A stretch of 64,000 nucleotides of DNA from Euglena gracilis (lineage: Eukaryota). The stretch covers positions 1,674,001 through 1,738,000 of the forward strand of contig CP154954.1 in the NCBI GenBank assembly GCA_039621445.1, read 5' to 3'. This document shows positions 1 to 19,749 of this stretch, in pieces. Position 1 is the stretch's first letter; each line of letters begins with the position of its first letter. The translations under genes were made by a program, and so were the position numbers. Below the pieces are notes generated by a model. That model saw nothing but the letters and a program-made list of their open reading frames with translations, did not search any database and was not told the DNA's origin.

Positions 1-612
1 ATCAATTGAACTAAAAACTCAACTAAAATAATTAGTAAATTAAAATTAAAAAATTTTCAAAAAAGAGTTTTTACAATTTTAAATAATAAAAATGCAACTT
101 ATATAAACAAAAAGTTTGTTTTAAAAATAAACCATATTTTACATTTTCGGTAAAAAATATAAAAAAACGAATCGCACAAAAATATTTACTACATAATAAA
201 TTAAAAAATAAAATTCATGAAAAATGCCAGTCAGGACAATTAATTTTTACCTAGTACCTTAGATTTTAGTTAATTTCCCTTAATTAAAAACAATTTTTTT
301 ATCATCTTTTTTAAAATCGTAATTTAACATAATTATGTTACCCAAAGCGGATAAATCTAAACTTCAAATCACAATAAAAAAACAAAAGAATAAAATATGC
401 CAAAAATTAATTAAACAAAAAATTTAATTATTTAAACTTAAAACCTTTTTCACCAAAAAATTAATAGTAAAAATTACTGTTCAAAAAAACAAGTTTATAA
501 ATTTTTTATCAATGTTTTTATACCAATAAAAAATATAAATTAACTTAAATGACTTAAGTTAAAAATTATTTTTTAATCCTAAACCTAGCGATTATTGGAA
601 TCCATGCCACAC
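1..612 (-). other. psbC intron 2, 5' part (large group II intron, continues beyond window)
   Basis: GTGTGG 5' splice motif on - strand at 612 directly after an 11-nt psbC exon; a further GTGCGATTCG 5' motif at 177 suggests an internal intron. Confidence 0.75.
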
Positions 613-10646
<10,034 letters not shown>

Positions 10647-10784
10647 AAATAATATTTTGTAATATAAAATAAGTAATCTCTAATATTAACTAAAGAGCTA
10701 ATTTTAGGTATTAAGATCCCCTATTTATATACTAAAAAAGGGAACACAAGCAAAAAATATTGCATAACAATCTATCAATTTACT

Positions 10785-12164
10785 ATGAATAAAAAAACTA
10801 ACGAAAGGCCTGTATTTCCTTTTACTTCTATTGTTGGACAAGAAGAGATGTGTGGCTAAACACATTGCACATTCAAATAAAAAACTTAATAAAATAATAT
10901 TATAAATTTAAAAAATAAAATTTATTATTATTAAAAATAATTACTACCCTCTAAACTACAATTAATAAATAAAAAATAAAACAAATTGGCAAATAAAATA
11001 CTGAATTTTCAACACAACTAAAAAAATTTTGTAAATTATTAAAATTTATTGTAGCTAATTGGAAGCAGTTTGGAAAACTATAGAAAATCCAAAAGAACAT
11101 AAAATAACAATTTATAAATAAAAAACAAAGCTAAAAGGATAAACCACGTATAGTTTGAAAACAAATAAAATTTAGTTTTATGAAATTATCATTAATCTTA
11201 AATGTAATAGATCCAAAAATAGGAGGTGTTATGATAATGGGTGATAGAGGAACAGGAAAGTCAACAATAGTTAGAGCGCTTGTTGACTTACTACCACCTA
11301 TTGATGTAATAGAAAACGACCCATATAATTCTGATCCATATGATACAGAATTAATGTCAGATGACGTTCTAGAAAAAATAAAAAAAAACGAAAAAGTATC
11401 GATAATTCAAGTTAAAACACCTATGGTTGATTTACCATTAGGTGCAACTGAAGATCGTGTTTGTGGAACAATAGATATAGAAAAAGCAATATCCGAAGGA
11501 AAAAAAGCATTCGAACCTGGTCTACTAGCACAAGCAAATAGAGGAATATTGTACGTTGATGAAGTTAACTTATTAGATGACCATTTAGTTGACGTTTTAT
11601 TAGATTCCGCTGCTTCAGGATGGAACACGGTAGAAAGAGAAGGAGTTTCGATTTGCCATCCTGCAAGATTTATACTAGTAGGATCAGGAAATCCTGAAGA
11701 AGGAGAACTTAGACCACAATTACTAGATAGATTCGGAATGCATGCACAAATTAAAACACTAAAGGAACCAGCGCTTCGTGTAAAAATAGTACAACAACGA
11801 GAACTATTTGAAAAAAGCCCTAAAGAGTTCAAAGAAAAATATAAGGAAGAACAAAATAAACTAATGGAAAAAATTATAAATGCAAGAAAAAAATTAAAAA
11901 ACATAATAATAAAAATACGAACTTTTAGAAAAAATATCACAAATCTGTTCTGAACTAAATGTTGATGGACTAAGAGGAGATATGGTAACAAGTCGTGCAG
12001 CAAAAGCATTAGTAGCATTTGAAGATCGCACAGAAGTAACACCTAAAGACATTTTCACTGTAATTACGCTTTGTTTACGACATCGATTACGTAAAGACCC
12101 TTTAGAATCAATAGATTCGGGATATAAAGTGCAAGAAACCTTTAAAAAAGTGTTCAATTACTAA
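10785..12164 (+). CDS. chlI: Mg-chelatase subunit I; exons 10785-10849 and 11182-12164; one extra A at 11911-11915 (probable sequencing frameshift)
   Basis: [27 protein letters not shown] Walker A, ILYVDEVN Walker B; C-terminal DGLRGD...[11 protein letters not shown] in shifted frame. Confidence 0.96.
10850..11181 (+). other. chlI intron (group II)
   Basis: GTGTGG...TTTTAT boundaries splitting an ATG codon. Confidence 0.85.
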
Positions 12165-12245
12165 AAAATAGCTAAAACAAGAAAACTAATTTACATTTTC
12201 TGAGAAGTATTTCAGAAAATACATTAAAAATGTTAAAAATATTCT

Positions 12246-12324
12246 TCCTTCGTGGTGAAATGGTAAACACGTGTGATTCAAAATCACATGCATAAGCTTG
12301 CCGGTTCGAGTCCGGTCGAAGGTA
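12246..12324 (+). tRNA. trnL: tRNA-Leu(CAA)
   Basis: Anticodon arm TGTGA-TTCAAAA-TCACA, long variable arm, GGTTCGAGTCC T-arm. Confidence 0.92.
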
Positions 12325-13873
12325 AAACTCTCGAAATAAAAAACGTTAATAAAAAAGTTGCAATATATATCTAGATTAAAATCAACGTCTTTTATTTTGA
12401 AAAATGTTAAATTTATAACAAAATTTGAATAATGGAAAGTACCCAAAACGTGATGTCGTAGATTGAAATCTTACAAAACAATAGTTGATATTGATTTTTT
12501 GTTTTTTACATAATTATGTAAAAATTTTATTATTAGTTAAAATAATAATATAGACTTTGAAAAATTATGAAACTAAAAAGAAAAAGTAAAATGTGAACTA
12601 GATTTACTTCTTAAAGACAAACTTATAGGTTTAAGCAAAAAACATTAGAAAAGCTAATTTTGAATTTTAAATTACTATTTATGGATAAAAGGAAATTAAA
12701 TTAATTCAAAATTTTGATTTTTAAAATGAATCTAATTTCAAATCATAAATTCTCTTGCAAAGTAATAATTTTAATGACTTGGATTACTTTTGAAACGAAC
12801 ATGATTCACATTGTTTTCAAAATTTTTATTGTTTACTATATTGATGAGTATTGATGAGTTAACAAGATAAAACTATCTGGGTGTATAAAAAATATCATAG
12901 AATAATAATTGAATAAAAATAAAATATTCTAAAACATATAATTTTCTGGAATTTACAAACTTTATTACAAAAAAGTGTACAACAGAATTATATATATACA
13001 AAAATTTATTTTTAAAAATATATAAATTATAACACTTTTAAAATTTTAATAGCTTCTTGAAAAATTTTAGTGACAGTAAAAAATAATAAAAACGCGTTTA
13101 ATACATAATAACTACTATAAAGTATTTATATAGATTATTTTAAATCTTAAATAATCTATTATTATTACCTATTTTTGAAATAATATTAGTATAAATATAC
13201 ATATTTAGTAATAAACTATTATCACAAATAGTGTAATCATTGTCATTTTCGTAAAATTTTAATTTCCAGCAACAAGCAAAATTTTGTTTAACAAAGCTTT
13301 TTGCCGATTAAACTAATACAAATAATTTACCCACATTTTTGATATAAAGAAGTATTACAAGAAGTACAGATGAATAAATCAAAAGTAGTTACAAAATATT
13401 ATTAATATTTAATACCTTACAATTAATTTTTAGTATTGTATTTATTCATAAAAAATGAGATCGAACTTTTAGAGTACAATCATTTAGTCTACCATAATTA
13501 TATATTAAGTAACTTGAATATGACGTTTCAGAAGAATAATAGCATAAGTGATTACAGGAATAATAATAATAAGTAAGATAATCTATCATCACGAATAATA
13601 ATCTAACATTGAATAAGAACAAGAATAATAGAAATTGAGAAAAACTCTATATATATATCTAGACATTTCTGTTTGTTTCTAAGTAAAATCCTACGAAACA
13701 TACAATTTTATATTACATTAAATATGTAACTCATGTAAAAATATTGTTAGCTCTAAACATCTTCTATTTTTTCATTATATCATTTTTCTGAAAAACCTAT
13801 CTCTGATAATGAACTGTAATAATTAACTAACACTTATAAACTTTGTTTATCTTGAAATCTTAAACCTTAAAAT

Positions 13874-14172
13874 ATTATCTTGGAAAGTAAACATCTTTTA
13901 TCTGGCAGAAATAACCAACCAGTTCTTCCATCCGGACTTGACGTATGGATGGATTATGGATGGATACAACCTGATTGAGCAATAGAATCGAATCTAAGCA
14001 TTTCCTCGGCAATGGGTTCACTTCCTTTTTACCCTTTAAGAAATTACGTATGCATTAGCCACACACATAGCTAAATAGAAAGCAGTTTGTGTGGTTCTTT
14101 GGATTACAATAAACGTTACGGAATTTAACCATAAAGTACTTAATAATTAATAAATCAGGGTTAATAATCAAT
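13874..14172 (-). pseudogene. Decayed inverted paralogue of the C-terminal part of ORF381
   Basis: - strand translates to LSTLWLNSVTFIVIQRTTQTAFYLAMCVANAYVIS*, matching ORF381 LSTLWLTPRTFIVMKRIVQTGFYLSMCVANAYAIAE. Confidence 0.85.
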
Positions 14173-14181
14173 AAAAAACCA

Positions 14182-14284
14182 TAAGGCGTAGGTCTCCAAA
14201 ACCTGATGTAGTAGGTTCGAATCCTACAAAGCGCGCTTTTAGTGTACACATTATAGTAAATGTGCCCCTTGCTTGGTCACCAAG
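14182..14284 (+). repeat. Orphan copy of the rRNA-operon leader (pseudo-trnW 3' part plus downstream leader)
   Basis: Matches 19810-19912 and 31650-31752. Confidence 0.92.
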
Positions 14285-14320
14285 GGGACTGATGTAGAAA
14301 ATATTCAGTAAAGACCATTT

Positions 14321-15205
14321 AAGTACATTGGTATATATAGTATATATAATATATATAAGTACATTAATATATATAAGTACATTGGTATATATAGTATATA
14401 TAATATATATAAGTACATTAATATATATAAGTACATTGGTATATATAGTATATATAATATATATAAGTACATTAATATATATAAGTACATTGGTATATAT
14501 AGTATATATAATATATATAAGTACATTAATATATAAGTACATACATTAATATATATAAGTACATTGGTATATATAGTATATATAATATATATAAGTACAT
14601 TAATATATATAAGTACATTGGTATATATAGTATATATAATATATAAGTACATTAATATATATAAGTACATTGGTAGATATAGTATATCTAATATATATAA
14701 TTATATTAATATATATAAGTACATTGGTATATATAGTATATATAATATATATAAGTACATTAATATATATAAGTACATTGGTATATATAGTATATATAAT
14801 ATATATAAGTACATTAATATATATAAGTACATGGTATATATAGTATATATAATATATATAAGTACATTAATATATATAAGTACATTGGTATATATAGTAT
14901 ATATAATATATATAAGTACATTAATATATATAAGTACATTGGTATATATAGTATATATAATATATATAAGTACATTAATATATATAAGTACATTGGTATA
15001 TATAGTATATATAATATATATAAGTACATTAATATATATAAGTACATTGGTATATATAGTATATATAATATATATAAGTACATTAATATATATAAGTACA
15101 TTGGTATATATAGTATATATAATATATATAAGTACATTAATATATATAAGTATATTGGTATATATATTATATATTATATATAAGTACATTAAATATATAA
15201 GTACA
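14321..15205. repeat. VNTR of ~16 copies of a 54-bp unit; putative replication-origin region
   Basis: Unit AAGTACATTGGTATATAT-AGTATATATAATATATAT-AAGTACATTAATATATAT; A-rich to T-rich switch of the + strand across it; origin assignment from established E. gracilis knowledge. Confidence 0.95.
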
Positions 15206-15375
15206 GGGTTTTTTTTGTTGCTTCGGGAAAATTTATTTAATTATTTAATTTATGATTAATTTTAGTTATTGATTATTTTATTTTTTTTATTTTTTTTTTT
15301 TTTTTTTTTATTTGATTAAGAATTATTATTTTTTTTTTTTTTATAGCAAAAAAAACGATTTCTTATATTCATTTT

Positions 15376-16521
15376 ATGATTTTTACGATGTATTTCTTTA
15401 GAAATTTTGTTTTTTTACACTCTTTTATGAACTATATAATTAAAGTAAAATCTATTTTAATTAATCGATATTCGTTGGCTACCTGCAATGCAATTTTATT
15501 GTATTTTTTTCAAACAAATTATTATAAAATTTATTTGTTAGTTAATACTAGTTTATCTTTTTACAATTTAATTTTTTTCCTTAGGAATTTTCTAAGGATA
15601 GTAAAAAAAAAAAACGATCCAAAAGTTTTTCTTTTGGCTTTATTGATAATTTCGAAAAATTATATCCAATATGCGCTTTACTGTAATTTTTTGTTTCAAG
15701 TTGGTAACAGAACATTAAAAGTAATCAAGTCCGTTGAAATTTCTAAAAATGAAATTTTGAAAAACGACCCTTCGTTGAAGGCTTTGGAGTTTTGGAAAAA
15801 AATTAAAATATTTTATAGTAAGAATTTTATTTCCAAAATTGCCGTAATTATGGTAATTAGTTTTTCTGGTTATTGCGCATTTAATTTTGCATTTAAATTT
15901 TTTGGTGTACTTAAAGAATCTTCAAAAATCTTGGCTTCTTTTTTCTCTTTTAATCATGATCAAAAAAATGATAATTCTGAAGACAATCGTTCCGAAGATG
16001 ATTTAAAGTCAAGTCAAGACCCAGTAAATATTCCTTCTATCGAACAAAGTTTCAAAGTTGAAGATTTTTCAATTTTCAATCCTGATTTTTGGTCAACTGA
16101 TTTTGATAAAATTTTATTGGAAGAGGGTTATGACCTAGAGGGTTCATTAAGCACTTTATGGTTAACTCCAAGAACATTTATTGTGATGAAAAGGATCGTG
16201 CAAACTGGTTTCTATTTAAGTATGTGTGTAGCTAATGCATATGCAATTGCTGAAACCGTAAAAAGAGGTCAGCCGGTTAGCAATGATATGTTACAATTTA
16301 ATCCGACTTTGCAAACAGGATTTGTCTACCCATACGGGCAGTCAATGTCAGCACCCGGTCAAATACCTGGGGGGAATTTGGGCCGAACGTTTGTTCCTGA
16401 AGAAAAAATGTTTACTTCACAAGATCTAGCAGTTTCATCCAACTGTAATGTGGGGGATGGATTTGTTGAGGTTATAGAAATCCCATTTAATTATTATAAG
16501 GATGCATTACCCCCCGAGTAA
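15376..16521 (+). CDS. Orphan ORF381, hydrophobic N-half, acidic linker, conserved C-terminal block
   Basis: 381-aa open frame; protein-level conservation with the paralogue at 13874-14172. Confidence 0.7.
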   Translation: MIFTMYFFRNFVFLHSFMNYIIKVKSILINRYSLATCNAILLYFFQTNYYKIYLLVNTSLSFYNLIFFLRNFLRIVKKKNDPKVFLLALLIISKNYIQYALYCNFLFQVGNRTLKVIKSVEISKNEILKNDPSLKALEFWKKIKIFYSKNFISKIAVIMVISFSGYCAFNFAFKFFGVLKESSKILASFFSFNHDQKNDNSEDNRSEDDLKSSQDPVNIPSIEQSFKVEDFSIFNPDFWSTDFDKILLEEGYDLEGSLSTLWLTPRTFIVMKRIVQTGFYLSMCVANAYAIAETVKRGQPVSNDMLQFNPTLQTGFVYPYGQSMSAPGQIPGGNLGRTFVPEEKMFTSQDLAVSSNCNVGDGFVEVIEIPFNYYKDALPPE

Positions 16522-16850
16522 TATTCCTTTCTATTTTCGATTTCAAAGAAAAATATCAATATATTAAATTTTTTATGTATTAAATAACTTGATACATAAT
16601 TATTAGTAGTCACTACGTTTTTTATACGTAATATTATTTCTTTAACACATGGTTTTTTATATAAAAATAGGTCAATTTTTTTTATTATTTTTTTTAGAAA
16701 AAAAAAAATGCTTTGTAGACTATGTGGTAACTACATTTCAGTATCGTAATTAGTACGACAGCTCGAATTTGGGTTTTGCAATTTTTTTTTTCATTTTTTT
16801 TTTTTTTTTGCAAATAGGGGGGGTTGTTCTAAAATTCGGTGATTTTATTT

Positions 16851-16989
16851 ATGGGAGATTTTTATGCATTCAATAGTGCCGGGTAAAAATTGGCATGTTT
16901 TTATTAAGACAGGATTCGGTAGTTTTGAGGATTTTAACTTATTATTCATCAAAAAAAGCAATTTCTTACATTTTATTTATGATTTTTAG
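16851..16989 (+). pseudogene. Truncated duplicate of the ORF351 N-terminus
   Basis: 16864-16989 encodes MHSIVPGKNWHVFIKTGFGSFEDFNLLFIKK..., near-identical to ORF351 aa 6-36. Confidence 0.85.
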
Positions 16990-17423
16990 GATGTATTTAT
17001 TCAGAAAATTTATTTTTTTCTTTAAGCAAAACTGTGTTATTTTTTTTGCTTATATATTTTTCCTTGATTCCAGAGTTCTTGCAATTTACTTCGGGATTTT
17101 TTAAAATTTAACCTACAACGAAATTGTAGTTAAGATATATTTTAATGATCTATTTTTTTATATTTTTTAAAAAGTTGTTATTTGTTATTATTTTTTTTTT
17201 CAATTAAGATTTTTATATTTTTCACACTCATTTTTTTTAAAAAAAATTATTATTATAAAAAAAAAATCCTTAATTGGTAACGTTGTGATTATGTTACTTC
17301 ATCGTAGTGGGTCGCAAGTTCGAATTGAAGGTTTGCAAATTTTTTTTTTCATTTTTTTTTTTTTTTTGCATAATGGAGATATGGAAGTTTGAGGTTTTCA
17401 AAAAATGATTTATTTTTTTATTT

Positions 17424-18479
17424 ATGGGAGATTTTATTATGTATTCAATGGTTCCAGGAAAAAACTGGCATGTTTTTATTAAAACAGGGTTCGGTAGTTT
17501 TGAGGATTTTAACTTATTATTCATCAAAAAGTGGAAAGAGTTAATTAATTATAACTCTATTTCTTTTATTATTTATGGTTTTGATTTGTCTGAAAATAAT
17601 TTAAACAACTTTTGTGAAGTGACTATAGAGGTCTATATAGAATTTAATAAAAATTACCGAAGGCATGGTCTTAAAAAATTATTTTCTTTTGAAAAAAATT
17701 CTGTTATTGTAGAAAAGGGATCGAGTAGTAAAACTTCACTTGATAATTTTTTTTCTAAAACAGGGAATAAAAACATTGAAGTTTGTTGGTCAGGTGTTCC
17801 AAGGTTTGAAAATGGTTTAAAAAATTCTTTAAGTTTTGATTTTGTTATTAAAAATAATTTATTAAGTCGTGCGCGAAAAGATCATTGTTTTCCTTCGTTT
17901 TTTTCTAAATTGATTTCCAATTCCTCAGAAAATTATTTAAAAGTGAAAGAAAAAATAACAGAAGAGAAAAAGGAATTAGAAATAAATGATTCTAATAATT
18001 TTTTACACGATCATTTTAATGTTTTGAAAGCTAATGATCAATTTTTAAACATCATTGAAAAATATATAATAGAGTACAAAAATTTGTTTTTTTTAACGAG
18101 TAAAAACGATGCAATAAAACTTCGTTCTATGTTGTTGAAGTATATATCTGAAGTCGCAGTATTAGAAAATAGTATCTCAAATTCTAATATTTCTAATATT
18201 TTTTTATTTAAGCAAGCTTCTAAGTTTTATAAACATAATTCTTTAAAAAACGATAATTATAAAAACTGGGATTTTAACTGGATTTTTGTGGAAATGCTTC
18301 TTATTTTTTTTCTAGAAAAAGCAAAAAATAAAAAAATTGATAAATTTGAATTATATACTTTAGTGAACAAAGAAATTTATGGTGAAGAACAGTTAGATAT
18401 AATGGTTAAAAACTTTAGAAAAAGAGCTTGTGAAAATGTCGATTTACGGCAGATTCGGTCTTCATTGCCTTGTTTTTGA
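17424..18479 (+). CDS. ORF351; N-terminal ~130 aa resemble a circovirus-type HUH Rep endonuclease domain without catalytic residues
   Basis: Intact 351-aa frame; by-eye collinear similarity (KNWHVF, FIIYGFD, IEVYIEFNKNYRRHGLKKLF, VEKGSSSKTSLDNFFSKTG, GVPR). Confidence 0.55.
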   Translation: MGDFIMYSMVPGKNWHVFIKTGFGSFEDFNLLFIKKWKELINYNSISFIIYGFDLSENNLNNFCEVTIEVYIEFNKNYRRHGLKKLFSFEKNSVIVEKGSSSKTSLDNFFSKTGNKNIEVCWSGVPRFENGLKNSLSFDFVIKNNLLSRARKDHCFPSFFSKLISNSSENYLKVKEKITEEKKELEINDSNNFLHDHFNVLKANDQFLNIIEKYIIEYKNLFFLTSKNDAIKLRSMLLKYISEVAVLENSISNSNISNIFLFKQASKFYKHNSLKNDNYKNWDFNWIFVEMLLIFFLEKAKNKKIDKFELYTLVNKEIYGEEQLDIMVKNFRKRACENVDLRQIRSSLPCF

Positions 18480-18819
18480 TTTTTATATAGGGAGAAAAGT
18501 ATGACAAAAAAAGAAGAAAAAAATTTAAATAATACAAAAATCAATTTAACAGTAAAAAAAATTTATAAAAAATATTGTTCTTATAAAGCACAATATGATG
18601 AAAAAAACCTGGACCAAAAATTTAGTTGAAAGCTTTTTTTTTTTATCATTGAAAATGGGCATATTTTAAACGTAGTAGAAGTAGAATATTTTTCTTAAAG
18701 CGTGTCAAAAAAATCGATTAATTAAAATATAGTGTCATGGAAAATGTGATTATTCTATCACTTATTTAAATATGCTTTTTTATCAATGTCAATTTGTAGA
18801 ATAATTGGCGTTTTTTTTG

Positions 18820-19749
18820 ATGGAGTATAGTGAGTTTGCCTACTTTTTACCTTATTAAATTAATAAATTTAAAATTGACTTATTAAAAACTTATAGGGAG
18901 TAAATATTAAGGAAGTACCTTATCAGGATTTTGATAAGTATTCTCACTATTGAGGTTAAATATGGATTAGTTGATTATGCGTTAGTACGAGAATTTCATA
19001 GAACAGGTGGACCCTCATGTGCATTCGTATTTTATTAAAGAAGTCGATACTAAATTGGCAAATTTTTTCGATATATCTATTGATTCTAAAATTTATAGGC
19101 CAGAGTTAACAATGAGAAAGATTTGCTCGACTATTTAATAAAACAAATATTTAACTTTGTGGATGCTTCAGAAAATTTCATGGCTTCGGAATCAATTCTT
19201 AAAAAATATGGTAAATATTTTCAATATCTTCCTTTGGAAGAAAGGATGATTGAATTAGTGAAAAAAGGGGACATAGAAAATGCTATGTTACTGTTTGAAA
19301 AAGAAAAACCTTCAGAATTTGTATATAAGGGCGACGCTATTGAACGTCAATTAAGAAACATATATTTAAGTACGAGATTAGGTGTGAAATAAAAAATTAA
19401 TTTTAATGAATACATAATACCCAAAGACTTAAGGTGGATGTTGGATATTTATGAATCCCATCTAAATATGGGTAAAAATAAGGTATTTTTAATTTTAGGC
19501 AGTGAACATAGATATTTAATCGATTTTTTCGAATCTTATTTGCAATTTAAAGGCTTTTATCCTTTAGTAGTTAAGAAATCCAAGGATTTACTGAAATTAA
19601 ACAATACTTATCATTATGATGCGATAATTTTTGTCAACTCAAATATCCTTGAATATCAAAATGTAAATGAGATAAAAAACATGTTCAACTCTTTAGAAAC
19701 GACGTTAACTGCTTATTATGGAATAAATAAATGTAGGGTCGTGGATTAA
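18820..19749 (+). pseudogene. Decayed geminivirus/pCRESS-type rolling-circle Rep gene
   Basis: YFLPY (motif I), REFHRTGG/PHVHSY (HUH motif II across a +1 shift), NFFDI (GRS-like), DYLIK (motif III), helical central domain, degenerate Walker A/B; 3 in-frame stops and 2 compensating frameshifts. Confidence 0.72.

Noticed and set aside
14321-15205. CRISPR-like appearance of the repeat array
   Set aside because: Contiguous tandem units with no unique spacers and no cas genes
14168-15259. ORFs of 73-231 aa on both strands (YIIYTIYTNVL... repeats)
   Set aside because: By-product of the 54-bp (multiple of 3) stop-poor tandem repeat
16628-16636. Geminivirus nonanucleotide TAATATTAC on - strand near the Rep relics
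   Set aside because: No flanking stem, and the motif is expected by chance in such AT-rich DNA (also at ~920)
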